IMG/VR virus record: IMGVR_UViG_3300025769_015982
Location: 1 to 64,000 of that record
DNA: 64,000 bases
Strand: one strand, 5' to 3'
From: a virus
Under the pieces are notes generated by a model. That model was not told the DNA's origin, did not search any database, and saw nothing but the letters and a program-made list of their open reading frames with translations. Positions 50,320 to 60,511 of the stretch are shown here, in pieces. Within the stretch, counting starts at the first letter, position 1. Every line of letters starts with the position of its first letter. The translations under genes and the position numbers were made by a program.

Positions 50320-51098
50320 GAAAATTAGCATTTATATCTGAACCTCGAAAACATAAAGCTTTAAAATTTGTATTAGAAAATTTTCTTACTATTTTGCCTA
50401 AAGATTGGAATATTCAAATTAATCATGGGCTAAATAATTTAGAATACATAAAGGAAGTAATTAATAATAGTAAAATTATTTCTAGTGCTAATTTAGAAAA
50501 TCGAATTATTTTACATAATTTAAATATTAGTAATTTATCTCATAAAGAAGAAAGTGACTTATTAAGGACAGTTGAGTTTTATAATGATTTAAAAGGGGAT
50601 ATTTTATTAAAATTTGAATGTGATACTATTTTATGTCCTAATTCTAAATATAAAATAGATGATTTTTTACAATTTAAATATATAGGGGGCTATTGGGGAA
50701 ATAAACTTTATCCTTTAGATAAACCTTATCCCACTTTAAAACCTGGTGGGGCATACGCAGCCGCTTATGGAGGTCCCCAAACACTACCCCTAAATGGAGG
50801 ATTATCTCTTAGGCATAAAGATACAATGATTAATATTATTCAAACATATTTAAAAGAGTATAAGGAGTCTGAAAAAACATACTCTGAAGATTATTTTTTT
50901 ACCGAATATATGGGCAATAGACCCCTAAGTAAGGAAGTAATATCTTTTTCAATAGATAATGGATACATTGCTCCTTTAAATGGTGAATCTCCCTTTGGGT
51001 TACATAAACCCTGGGCAGATAAAGGTAACGCTTATGCTTCTATTAAATGGGCATGCCCGGAAGTAGTTACTTTAGAATCACTTCAACAAGTTATTTAA
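50316..51098 (+). CDS. DUF5672-like (GT-associated) protein
   Basis: EPR.H; YIGGYW; NGGLSLR; EDYFF; FGLHKPW. Confidence 0.65.
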   Translation: MRKLAFISEPRKHKALKFVLENFLTILPKDWNIQINHGLNNLEYIKEVINNSKIISSANLENRIILHNLNISNLSHKEESDLLRTVEFYNDLKGDILLKFECDTILCPNSKYKIDDFLQFKYIGGYWGNKLYPLDKPYPTLKPGGAYAAAYGGPQTLPLNGGLSLRHKDTMINIIQTYLKEYKESEKTYSEDYFFTEYMGNRPLSKEVISFSIDNGYIAPLNGESPFGLHKPWADKGNAYASIKWACPEVVTLESLQQVI

Positions 51099-51110
51099 AA
51101 AATTAAACAC

Positions 51111-52280
51111 ATGAAAAAACAGTTTTTAAATTTAGGAAAACAACCTATAGCAAATAGATTTATATATAAGGATCAAATAGAAAACGAATTTCTTTTTGAC
51201 TTAAAAGTAGCTTTTGATGAGGAAACTAAACTTGTAACTCAAGTAGAATATGTAGATCCTCCTTTAATGTTTAATAAAAATTACACTTATAGGGGTTCTA
51301 TGTCTAATACCATGCAAAAACATTTTAAAAAACTAAGTAACTCCCTAAATACAAATCCTAATTTTAAAATATTAGAAATAGGGAGTAATGATGGTGTTTT
51401 TATAAAAAATTGGCCAACTAGTCAGGCAATTGCTGTTGAGCCATGCGGTAATTTTGCAAAAGAAACCCAAAATTTAGGCTATACCACGTACCCCGAATTT
51501 TGGACTACAAAGTTATCTGATAAAATTAAAGCTAACCATGGTCATCAAGATATAATATTTGCAGCTAATTGTATTTGCCATATTCCTGATTTAGATGAAA
51601 CATTTAAGGCTGTAGAATCTCTCCTTAACAAAAATGGTGTTTTTATATTTGAAGACCCCTCTTTAGCAGAAGTAATAAATAATACATCTTATGATCAAAT
51701 ATATGATGAACACCCACATGTATTTTCAGTAATTGCTTTAGATAATATTTTAAAAAGAAATGGATTGCAAGTAGTTAAAGTAGACAATCTTTCAGTCCAT
51801 GGGGGGTCTAATAGAATATACGCCCAAAAATTAGGAACTAAAGTTGATTCCTCAGTAGAGGAAAATAAGTCATATGAAAGAATTTTAGGACTTGATAAGT
51901 TTGAAACTTTTGAAAGATTTGCTGAAAAAGTAGAACAATCTAAAAAAGATTTAATCAGAATACTTACCCAATGTAAAAAAGAAAATAAAAAAGTAATAAG
52001 TTATGGCGCTACTTCTAAATCAACTACTATATTCAATTACTGTGGTATAACCCCAGAATTAATTGATTATATCACAGATACTACGCCAGAAAAACAAGGC
52101 AAATTATCACCGGGCACTCATATTCCAATAATAACCCCCGAAGAGGGATTTAATGAAAGTGTAGATTATGCCTACTTAGGAGCATGGAACTTTATTAAAG
52201 AAATAAGCAAAAAAGAATCTAAATATTTGGATAGAGGGGGAAAATTCATTACACATGTACCCACGGTAAAAATAGTATGA
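51111..52280 (+). CDS. NDP-hexose C-methyltransferase
   Basis: LGKQPIAN; LEIGSNDG; YDQIYDEH; VHGGS; YGATSKS; AWNF. Confidence 0.88.
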   Translation: MKKQFLNLGKQPIANRFIYKDQIENEFLFDLKVAFDEETKLVTQVEYVDPPLMFNKNYTYRGSMSNTMQKHFKKLSNSLNTNPNFKILEIGSNDGVFIKNWPTSQAIAVEPCGNFAKETQNLGYTTYPEFWTTKLSDKIKANHGHQDIIFAANCICHIPDLDETFKAVESLLNKNGVFIFEDPSLAEVINNTSYDQIYDEHPHVFSVIALDNILKRNGLQVVKVDNLSVHGGSNRIYAQKLGTKVDSSVEENKSYERILGLDKFETFERFAEKVEQSKKDLIRILTQCKKENKKVISYGATSKSTTIFNYCGITPELIDYITDTTPEKQGKLSPGTHIPIITPEEGFNESVDYAYLGAWNFIKEISKKESKYLDRGGKFITHVPTVKIV

Positions 52281-52687
52281 TGAACTATACTTTTACGAAA
52301 ATTCCATATCACGAAGATGATAGAGCCCAAAGATATTTAGATATATTTAAAAATTTAGGACCTGGCCAAATAAATATTTCTTATGTAAATTCATCTGAAC
52401 ATATAGTAGCTTGGCATAAACATAATATACAGACTGATTACTGGGTTTGTATAAAAGGTTCTTTTAAAGTAGGTTTAGCAACTAAAAAAAATGGAGCTTG
52501 TTTTGAATACCTTTCAGATAGAAATCCTCGAGTATTAAAAATACCCCCCGGAATATATCATGGTTATAAAGCAATTGAACCTGGTTCTATATTAATGTAT
52601 TATTTAACTGAAAAATATAACCCCCAAGATGAGTTTAGAGCTAAAGTAGGGGAATTTAATGAAAAATGGCATACAGAAAACAAATAA
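52277..52687 (+). CDS. dTDP-sugar 3,5-epimerase-like cupin (RmlC-like)
   Basis: EDDR; AWHKH..QTD; IPPGIYHGY; YNPQDE. Confidence 0.78.
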   Translation: MMNYTFTKIPYHEDDRAQRYLDIFKNLGPGQINISYVNSSEHIVAWHKHNIQTDYWVCIKGSFKVGLATKKNGACFEYLSDRNPRVLKIPPGIYHGYKAIEPGSILMYYLTEKYNPQDEFRAKVGEFNEKWHTENK

Positions 52688-53088
52688 CTATTAACGACGT
52701 TAAATTTTTTAATACACGCACCATGGTTGAACCTGATGGGAATTTAGTTCCTATTGAATCTAACTATGATGTTCCCTTTCCTATTAAAAGAATATTTTAT
52801 GTGTATGGTGTTAAAGACCAAAATGATAGAGGTAAGCATGCCCACCACAAAACACAACAAGTTTTAATATGTTTAAATGGAAAAACAGAAGTTTTAGTTA
52901 ATGATGGTTTTAAAAGCCAAAAATACCTTTTAGAATCCCCACAACAGGCCCTTTATATCCCTGAATTAATATGGGATGAACAAGTATATCTTACAGAAGA
53001 TACAGTATTATTAGTAATATCAAGTACTAAGTATGACCCTTTAGATTATATACATGACTTTAATGAATTTAAAAAACTAAAAAAATGA
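52666..53088 (+). CDS. sugar 3,4-ketoisomerase (FdtA/QdtA/WxcM-like)
   Basis: GNL..IE...PFPIKRIFY; RGKHAH; YDPLDYI. Confidence 0.88.
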   Translation: MAYRKQITINDVKFFNTRTMVEPDGNLVPIESNYDVPFPIKRIFYVYGVKDQNDRGKHAHHKTQQVLICLNGKTEVLVNDGFKSQKYLLESPQQALYIPELIWDEQVYLTEDTVLLVISSTKYDPLDYIHDFNEFKKLKK

Positions 53089-53741
53089 AAATAACAAAGC
53101 ATAATTTTACCATACCTTGCGTTTCTATAGATGATTTTATTCCTTCTATTCCATTGTTAAGAGCAGCTTCTGAGGGATTTAATGATATATTTTTCGATGA
53201 TTGGGTTGCATATAATAAAAAAGACCACAACCAAATACAGTATTGTACTAAGTTAACAACTAAAATCCCCCATGCTACTCAATTAGTACTAGATCATATA
53301 GCAACTAATCTTGACCCAGATGATATATTCGATCTAAACACAAAATCATTCCCAGATATTTCTCACTATGGTGGGGGTTTAATGATAACGCCTAATTCTA
53401 AAAATGAAGGTGGGTACTTAGGCATGCATGTTGATGCAGCTATCCATGGCAAACACGATGATTGGAAAAGAGAATATAGTGCTGTATTATGCGTTTCAGA
53501 AGAATATGATCCATCATTTGATTTATTACTACATGACGGTCAAGATCATATAAGACTTCCATACAAATTTAATAGACTTAATATTTTTAAATGTGGGGAA
53601 AATTCGTGGCACGGTTTCCCAGAAATAACTAAAGGATTAAATCGGAAAGCTTTAGGAGTTATGTATTGGTCTAAACTTAGTGAACAAGATAAAACTCAGG
53701 ATTTTGTAAAAGCTCAGTTTAATAATAATCTACCGTTTTGA
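53085..53741 (+). CDS. 2OG-Fe(II) oxygenase
   Basis: GGGL; LGMHVD (HxD); FNRLNIF...SWHG; R.AL..MY. Confidence 0.8.
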   Translation: MKITKHNFTIPCVSIDDFIPSIPLLRAASEGFNDIFFDDWVAYNKKDHNQIQYCTKLTTKIPHATQLVLDHIATNLDPDDIFDLNTKSFPDISHYGGGLMITPNSKNEGGYLGMHVDAAIHGKHDDWKREYSAVLCVSEEYDPSFDLLLHDGQDHIRLPYKFNRLNIFKCGENSWHGFPEITKGLNRKALGVMYWSKLSEQDKTQDFVKAQFNNNLPF

Positions 53742-54448
53742 AAAAAATCCTAATCACAGGAGGGGGAGGTAATCTAGCTACAGAATTAGTAAAAGCTAAT
53801 ACTAAATATAAAATAACAGCTTTATCTAAAGCTCAGTTAAATGTGTGTAACCAAGATGATATAGAACTTGCTTTAAGTAGTTACCGTCCAGATATTCTTA
53901 TCCACACTGCAGCATTAACAAGACCTATGGTTAAACATATAGAATCACCTAGTACTAGTATTAACTCTAATATTATAGGAACTTCTAATATAACTTTATC
54001 TTGTATTAAATATAAAACTAAATTAATTTACATATCTACAGACTATGTTTACCCAGGTATTACTGGTAATTATTCTGAAGAAGATCCTTTATTGCCTATT
54101 AATGAATATGCTTGGTCAAAATTAGGAGGAGAATGTGCTGTTAAGTTATATGATAATTCTTTAATACTAAGAATGGCTTTATGTGAAAAGCCATTTCCCC
54201 ACCCTAAAGCTTTAACTGACATTAAAAAATCATACCTTTATATAGATGAAGCCGCAAGTATTATTTTAAAGTTAATTAATAAAAAAGGTATTATAAATAT
54301 AGGAGGAGATGAACTATCCCCCTATGAATTTGTTAAAAAAACAAACCCTCATATTAAAAAAATCACTTTAAACGAAGTTAGTGACGTTAAGATGGGTAAA
54401 AATTCATCTATGAATACTAATAAGTTAAATAATATACTAAATGATTAA
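53738..54448 (+). CDS. dTDP-4-dehydrorhamnose reductase-like (RmlD)
   Basis: ITGGGGNLA; YISTDYVY; P.NEYAWSK. Confidence 0.85.
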   Translation: MKKILITGGGGNLATELVKANTKYKITALSKAQLNVCNQDDIELALSSYRPDILIHTAALTRPMVKHIESPSTSINSNIIGTSNITLSCIKYKTKLIYISTDYVYPGITGNYSEEDPLLPINEYAWSKLGGECAVKLYDNSLILRMALCEKPFPHPKALTDIKKSYLYIDEAASIILKLINKKGIINIGGDELSPYEFVKKTNPHIKKITLNEVSDVKMGKNSSMNTNKLNNILND

Positions 54449-55373
54449 TTTATTTAATATTCCTAACTATACAATTGATACTTCTGAATTTAACCACTAT
54501 TTACATGGGGATATAGTAAAACAATTTGAAACTAACTTTTGTAACTATGTAGGAGCTAAATATGGGTGTAGTGTTAGTAGTGCTACCAATGCTATATTTT
54601 TAGCTATGTTGGATAAAAAACAAACAGTAAACCTTCCCAGTATGATACCACCTGTAGTATGTAATGCCATTATTACTTCGGGAAATAAAATTAATTTTAT
54701 AGATGATATAGATTGGGTTGGTGATTCTTATATTTTACACGAATTCCAGGATTATAAAATTATAGACTCTGCCCAAAAAGTAAATGAAAATCAATTTAAA
54801 AAAGAAGCTAATGATAATGATTTAATGATATTTAGTTTTTACCCTACTAAACCTGTAGGTAGTTCTGATGGTGGTATAGTTGTATCAAACGATTTTGAAA
54901 AAATAAAATGGTTTAAAGAAGCTACTATGAATGGAATGACTTACGCCCACAATAATTGGGATAGAACCATTAAATTCCCGGGATATAAGATGTACATGAA
55001 CTCTATCCAGTGTTATATTGCTAATAAAAATTTAAATATTTTAGATAATAAAAAATCTAAATTAAAATTAATTAGACAAATATATAATAAAGAATTAGGA
55101 TATAATAATACAAGTGATCATTTATATAGAATAAAAGTTAATGATAATAAAAAATTTATTAGAAACTTAAAAAATAAAAATATAGTTTGTGGAATACATT
55201 ATGATACTCTACATAAAAATACTTCGTATAATTCTTACTCTTCCCAATGTCCTAAATCAACTTTAAATTCTAAACAAACAGTTAGTATTCCGTTTAATGA
55301 GTCTTTAACCACTAATCAAATAAATTATATTATAGAAACTATTAAAAATGAAGGGTATATTTATAACAGTTAG
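54441..55373 (+). CDS. DegT/DnrJ/EryC1/StrS sugar aminotransferase, copy 1
   Basis: SSATNA; IDSAQ; FSFYPTKPVGSSDGG. Confidence 0.85.
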   Translation: MINLFNIPNYTIDTSEFNHYLHGDIVKQFETNFCNYVGAKYGCSVSSATNAIFLAMLDKKQTVNLPSMIPPVVCNAIITSGNKINFIDDIDWVGDSYILHEFQDYKIIDSAQKVNENQFKKEANDNDLMIFSFYPTKPVGSSDGGIVVSNDFEKIKWFKEATMNGMTYAHNNWDRTIKFPGYKMYMNSIQCYIANKNLNILDNKKSKLKLIRQIYNKELGYNNTSDHLYRIKVNDNKKFIRNLKNKNIVCGIHYDTLHKNTSYNSYSSQCPKSTLNSKQTVSIPFNESLTTNQINYIIETIKNEGYIYNS

Positions 55374-56076
55374 AACGGGATCAACAAGACTACCTAATAA
55401 ATCAATTTTAAAAATCAATGGCAAACACACTATTGAATATTTAATTGAACGAGTTAAAAAATCATGTTTAGCAGACGAAATTATTTTATGCACTACATCT
55501 AAACCAGAAGATGATATTTTATGTCGTATAGCGGTTAAAAATAACATAAAATATTTTAAAGGGCATGAAACTAATAAGTGGGAAAGATGGTTGGGTACTT
55601 GTAAGGCATATGGTATAGATTTTTTTGTTACAGCAGATGGTGATGATTTATTCTATGAAGGAAATCTTGCAGATATTTGTTTTACCCAATATATATCTAA
55701 CCCAAACCCTAATTTATTTTTAAATGGACAGGGATTATATAATGATGTTTACGGAATTAGTTATAATACATTACAAAAAATATGTAATATGGAAAATGTT
55801 TCTAAAATAGAACCCCATAATATTGTAAATTTTTTAAAAAATAGTGATGTAGTAGTTAATAAAATATTAAATGTTCCTGATCTTTATAAAAAGAAAGATA
55901 TAAGAATGACCTTAGATTATGAGGAAGATTTTAACTTTTTTAAAAAAGTTATTAAACATTTTAATGGGGAAAAATTTGGATTACCCGAAATAATTTCTTA
56001 TATTGAACAAAACCCATCAGTTAAAGATATAAATAAACATTTAGAAATAGCATGGAAAGAAAACCAGTTAAATTAA
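55348..56076 (+). CDS. nonulosonate/KDO-type cytidylyltransferase (SpsF/KdsB-like)
   Basis: VRTGSTRLPNK; TADGDD; RMTLDYEED. Confidence 0.85.
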   Translation: MKGIFITVRTGSTRLPNKSILKINGKHTIEYLIERVKKSCLADEIILCTTSKPEDDILCRIAVKNNIKYFKGHETNKWERWLGTCKAYGIDFFVTADGDDLFYEGNLADICFTQYISNPNPNLFLNGQGLYNDVYGISYNTLQKICNMENVSKIEPHNIVNFLKNSDVVVNKILNVPDLYKKKDIRMTLDYEEDFNFFKKVIKHFNGEKFGLPEIISYIEQNPSVKDINKHLEIAWKENQLN

Positions 56077-57266
56077 AGAATAAGCTTTTAAATCATCTTA
56101 AAATAGGAAAAATTTATAAACCAGAAAATAAGTATAATGGTAATGAATTAGAATATGTGTTAAAAGTTTTAGATTCAGAAGATCAAGATAGAAAAGAAAC
56201 CCCTTTTGTTCAGCGTTTAGAAAATTTAGCAACGGAAGTTTTCCAAAGTAAATATGCTATAGCTCACAATTCGGGAACATCTACTTTACATACAAGCTTA
56301 ATTGCGGCAGGGGTAAAACCTGGGGATGAAGTAATATCACCCGCTCATACTGTAATTATGAATTCATTTGTAACATTACACCAAAAGGCATTGCCCGTAT
56401 ACGTTGATATTGACCCAGATACTTTTAATATGTGTCCCGATGATCTTGAACGTAAAATAACTAATAAAACAAAAGCAATACAAGTAGTTCATATGCATGG
56501 AAACCCATCTGATATGGAAAGAATAATGGATATAGCAAACCATTATAATATACCTGTTATTGAGGATAGTGCTCAATGTGTTTTAAGTAAAATTAATGGA
56601 AAATTAGTTGGAACTTTTGGGGATATAGCAAGTTGGAGTTTTGAAAATAAAAAACACCTTTCAGCCGGAGAGGGGGGAATGGTTACTACTGATAATGAAA
56701 AATATGCTACTATAATCAGAAAAACAGGTGGATTAGGATATAAAACATTATCAGCAGGACAAAGTTTAAGACAATTGTTACCCCAGGACTTTCAAAACCC
56801 ACATTATAAAAGACATGATGTTTTAGGCTACAACTATAGAATGAATGAGATAACTGCTGCTTTAGCATTAGGTCAATTAGAAAGAGCAGAATTTTTAGTA
56901 AATAGAAGGTGTGAAGTAGCTAAAATGTATGATGAAGCCTTTAAAGATTGTGATTATATAATACCCCAAAAAGTATTACCGGGCCATACAAATACCTATT
57001 GGACATACACAGTACGATATGAAAGGGATGATTGGTTTGATTTATATAATGAAGTTAAAGCAGCTGGAGGAGATGGGTTTTATGGAGGCTTATCAGTCCC
57101 CTATCAGGAACCCATTATGAAAAAATACAATTATAAAAAAGGAGACTGCCCAAATGCAGAATCTGTACAACCAAAAATGATGCAATTTAAAGCAAATTAT
57201 AGAGATCTTAAAACAGCTCAAGAAAAAATTAATATATTAAGTAACGTAATTAAAAATAGAAAATAA
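56052..57266 (+). CDS. DegT/DnrJ/EryC1/StrS sugar aminotransferase, copy 2
   Basis: NSGTSTLH; IEDSAQ; SFENKKHLSAGEGG; GYNYRM. Confidence 0.9.
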   Translation: MERKPVKLKNKLLNHLKIGKIYKPENKYNGNELEYVLKVLDSEDQDRKETPFVQRLENLATEVFQSKYAIAHNSGTSTLHTSLIAAGVKPGDEVISPAHTVIMNSFVTLHQKALPVYVDIDPDTFNMCPDDLERKITNKTKAIQVVHMHGNPSDMERIMDIANHYNIPVIEDSAQCVLSKINGKLVGTFGDIASWSFENKKHLSAGEGGMVTTDNEKYATIIRKTGGLGYKTLSAGQSLRQLLPQDFQNPHYKRHDVLGYNYRMNEITAALALGQLERAEFLVNRRCEVAKMYDEAFKDCDYIIPQKVLPGHTNTYWTYTVRYERDDWFDLYNEVKAAGGDGFYGGLSVPYQEPIMKKYNYKKGDCPNAESVQPKMMQFKANYRDLKTAQEKINILSNVIKNRK

Positions 57267-58090
57267 TGAAAAATTATATTATTGCCGAAATAGGAATCAA
57301 CCATAATGGAGATATAAACCTAGCACAAAAACTCATTAAAACAGCTGCAAAAGCAGGTTGTCATGCTGTAAAGTTTCAAAAAAGAACAATTGATGAAGTC
57401 TATTCTAAAGAAGAACTAGATAAGTATAGAGAGTCTCCCTGGGGGACTACAAATAGAGAACAAAAAGAAGGATTAGAATTTGATATTCAACAATATAAAA
57501 CTCTTGAGGAATATACAAACAAATTAGGTTTGGATTTTATAGTATCTTGTTGGGATTTAAATAGTGTAGATGTAGTAGAAGCAAATTTAAATGTAAAATA
57601 TCATAAAGTTGCTTCAGCTCTTGCAACTAATAAAGAATTTTTAAAAAAACTTAACACAACAGGTAAACCTGTTATATTATCTGTAGGTATGATGACAGAG
57701 AAAGAAATCGAATCTGCAGTAAATATACTTAATAACGTAGAATATATTTTAGCTTGTACTAGTACTTATCCTACAAAGGCCGAAGAAGTTAACCTAAATC
57801 ATATTTTAACATTAAAATCCAAGTATGATAAAAAAATAGGATTTTCAAACCATTATAATGGCCTAGATGCATGTGTAGGTGCAACAGCGTTAGGATCGGA
57901 ATGCATCGAATTCCATATAACAGAAGATAGAACAATGTATGGCTCTGATCAACCTGCATCAATTGAAAACGTATCACTAATGGTAGATGCTATTACAACA
58001 ATGGAAACTATGTTAGGAGATGGTAAGAAAGTTGTTTATGATACCGAAAAACCTATTGCAGCTAAGTTAAGGAAAGTTAATAATGTTTAA
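57266..58090 (+). CDS. neuB: nonulosonic acid (N-acetylneuraminate-type) synthase, lacking the SAF domain
   Basis: IIAEIGINHNGD; AVKFQKR; KVAS; CTSTYP; GFSNH; IEFHIT..R...GSD. Confidence 0.9.
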   Translation: MKNYIIAEIGINHNGDINLAQKLIKTAAKAGCHAVKFQKRTIDEVYSKEELDKYRESPWGTTNREQKEGLEFDIQQYKTLEEYTNKLGLDFIVSCWDLNSVDVVEANLNVKYHKVASALATNKEFLKKLNTTGKPVILSVGMMTEKEIESAVNILNNVEYILACTSTYPTKAEEVNLNHILTLKSKYDKKIGFSNHYNGLDACVGATALGSECIEFHITEDRTMYGSDQPASIENVSLMVDAITTMETMLGDGKKVVYDTEKPIAAKLRKVNNV

Positions 58091-58799
58091 TTTAAACGGT
58101 AAAGTAGCTGTAATTACAGGAGGAGGGGGATTGCTAGGAAAAATGCACGCTGAGGCAATAGAAGAAGCAGGAGGTACAGCTTATTTAACTGACATAGATG
58201 GTTCTTGTACCTATATGGATGTAACTAATAAATCTAGTATAGAAAAAGTTGCAAATAGTTTAGACCGGGTTGATATTTTAATAAATAATGCTGCCTTAAA
58301 TCCTAAAATGGTTACTCAGGGTAATAATAAATTTGAAAATTTAAGCCTAGACCAATGGAATAAAAGTATTCAAGTAAATTTAACAGGTGCTTTTTTATGT
58401 AGTCAAGTTTTTATTAAAAAAATGGTAGAACATAATATTAAAGGAGTTGTAGTAAATATAGCATCTGATTTAGGGGTTATAGCCCCTGATCAAAGAATAT
58501 ATAAAAATGATGTTAAGCCTGTTGATTATTGTGTTACTAAACATGGTATAATTGGATTAACTAAATATTTAGCTACCTATTATGCTGATAAAGGAATTAG
58601 AATTAATAGTATAAGTCCAGCAGGAGTATTTACAAATCAACCTAAAGATTTTGTAGAAAAGTTATCTAATTTAATACCTATGGGAAGAATGGCAAAAAAG
58701 AATGAATATAAAGGCGCTATAAAATATTGTTGTTCAGATGAAAGTTCATACATGACTGGACACAATTTAGTAATAGACGGTGGGAGAACAATATGGTAA
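58083..58799 (+). CDS. short-chain dehydrogenase/reductase (PtmA-like)
   Basis: TGGGGLLG; LINNAA; YCVTK; IRINSISP; IDGG. Confidence 0.9.
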   Translation: MFNLNGKVAVITGGGGLLGKMHAEAIEEAGGTAYLTDIDGSCTYMDVTNKSSIEKVANSLDRVDILINNAALNPKMVTQGNNKFENLSLDQWNKSIQVNLTGAFLCSQVFIKKMVEHNIKGVVVNIASDLGVIAPDQRIYKNDVKPVDYCVTKHGIIGLTKYLATYYADKGIRINSISPAGVFTNQPKDFVEKLSNLIPMGRMAKKNEYKGAIKYCCSDESSYMTGHNLVIDGGRTIW

Positions 58800-59086
58800 T
58801 ATTTGTAGATATAGACGAAACAATATGTTTTTATGATGGGGAAAGGTATTACCCAAATGCGATTCCTAATATGGATAATATAGCTAAAATCAATAAATTA
58901 TATAATGAAGGTCATACAATTATATATTGGACAGCTAGAGGAGGCACTACGGGTATAGATTGGACTGAAATAACAAAAGCACAACTTGTAAAATGGAAAT
59001 GTAAATATCATGAATTACGGATGAATAGTAAACCTTACTATGATTTATTAATATGCGATAAAACTAAAAGAATAGAAGAATTATGA
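58793..59086 (+). CDS. minimal HAD-family phosphatase
   Basis: DIDETI; WTARG; KP.YDLLICDK. Confidence 0.8.
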   Translation: MVIFVDIDETICFYDGERYYPNAIPNMDNIAKINKLYNEGHTIIYWTARGGTTGIDWTEITKAQLVKWKCKYHELRMNSKPYYDLLICDKTKRIEEL

Positions 59087-59739
59087 AGTCAATTTCAGTA
59101 TTATGTAGAGGAGAAAGTTTAAAAGCTATAAAACACCTACCTAAATCAGATATAGTAATGTTAGCTAATAGGTTTGGTGAAGAAATAGAAAATGTCCCTG
59201 GGGTAAAAGAATATCTTGATGACGCAGAAATATACTTGTGTACTAGTGGTACTGGTGGAGAATTAGATTCTTTAAAACGAATAGATTTTTTTGAAAAATA
59301 TAACCCTACAAAAATGATACGACCTTATTTAGGTGAAATATCTTCTAATATAAGACTACATAACAGCTGTAATTTACCAAATACGTTTTTATCTGAAGCC
59401 CATAAAGAATATATGGTTCCAATGAAATACCCTTATGACTACCCTACAACCGGTATAGCAGCAATAGGTTATGCTGTTTTAGAGTCTGAATGTGATACTA
59501 TTAATATAATTGGGTTAGATTTTTATGAAAACAGTGCCTACACTACTTCACAACAACTTAATCTTGAAGAAATATATAAAACAGATCCTTGGATTAAAGA
59601 CGGTAATATGGAAAAATTCTTTACTAAATTTGTAAAAAATAACCCAAATAAACAATTTAATATAATAACAACTGCTAAGACCTATTTGAATGAACTAATA
59701 ACATTAGCTAATGTAAATTACTATAATATAGCTTTTTAA
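59083..59739 (+). CDS. sialyltransferase-like protein (GT42/GT29-type motifs)
   Basis: VLCRGESL (cf. GNGPSL); MLAN; PTTG; IIGLDFY; directly after the neuB module. Confidence 0.6.
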   Translation: MKSISVLCRGESLKAIKHLPKSDIVMLANRFGEEIENVPGVKEYLDDAEIYLCTSGTGGELDSLKRIDFFEKYNPTKMIRPYLGEISSNIRLHNSCNLPNTFLSEAHKEYMVPMKYPYDYPTTGIAAIGYAVLESECDTINIIGLDFYENSAYTTSQQLNLEEIYKTDPWIKDGNMEKFFTKFVKNNPNKQFNIITTAKTYLNELITLANVNYYNIAF

Positions 59740-59740
59740 T

Positions 59741-60403
59741 ATGAAAAAAACTTTAATAACCGGATGTAGTTGGATTCAAGAAATGTATAAGTATAATTCA
59801 AAATTTGATTATGCTTCTTTTGGGGGCCAAGGTCTTTGGAAAATATATAATCATTTACGTGAGGGTAATATAGAGGGGTATGAAACTATTATAGTGCAAC
59901 TTCCTGCTCCTGTTAGAAACCACCCTAATTGTACTTCTACTACTGATAGATTTAATAATTTTTTAGATAGTATAAAAAAATCAGGAGAACAAAAAGCTTC
60001 AAAAACCCAATTAGATAATTATAAACAAAAAATATTAGATATAAATCTTTTACATAAAAACATATATTTTTTTCTATATAATGTTGGAGGTTATCCTTTA
60101 AGACATCCTTATGATTTTGGTGAAAATGCTAATAAAGATTTTATTAATTGGCTTAAAGAAAATAATTTAAATCATTTACACTTGTCCTTTGAAAACCAAG
60201 CAGGTTATGGTGTAAAAGAAAAATTTGAACCTGATTTAGAATTTTGGGAATATTATCATAAAGAAAATCCTCACAACCGATCAGATAAGCAATTTAAAAA
60301 ATATTGGAGCATAATAGCACCTAAAAATACAATAATTTTTGATCCCCACCCTAATAAAAAAGCTGATATACTAGCATTAGAACTAATAAGTAAAATAACA
60401 TGA
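59741..60403 (+). CDS. SGNH/GDSL-like hypothetical protein
   Basis: N-terminal GCS, GGQG and C-terminal DPHPN (DxHP). Confidence 0.55.
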   Translation: MKKTLITGCSWIQEMYKYNSKFDYASFGGQGLWKIYNHLREGNIEGYETIIVQLPAPVRNHPNCTSTTDRFNNFLDSIKKSGEQKASKTQLDNYKQKILDINLLHKNIYFFLYNVGGYPLRHPYDFGENANKDFINWLKENNLNHLHLSFENQAGYGVKEKFEPDLEFWEYYHKENPHNRSDKQFKKYWSIIAPKNTIIFDPHPNKKADILALELISKIT

Positions 60404-60510
60404 AATTTTTAAAAAAACTTTGGAATTTAATAAAGTCTTGGAGAAAAAAAAGACAATTTAAAAAAAAGATAAAACAAATGAATATAAAGGATCCTTTTAT
60501 ATATAAATAA
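60400..60510 (+). CDS. unannotated 36-aa basic peptide ending PFIYK
   Basis: MKFLKKLWNLIKSWRKKRQFKKKIKQMNIKDPFIYK*; ATGA overlap upstream and 1-nt gap to the carbamoyltransferase gene. Confidence 0.6.
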   Translation: MKFLKKLWNLIKSWRKKRQFKKKIKQMNIKDPFIYK

Positions 60511-60511
60511 T

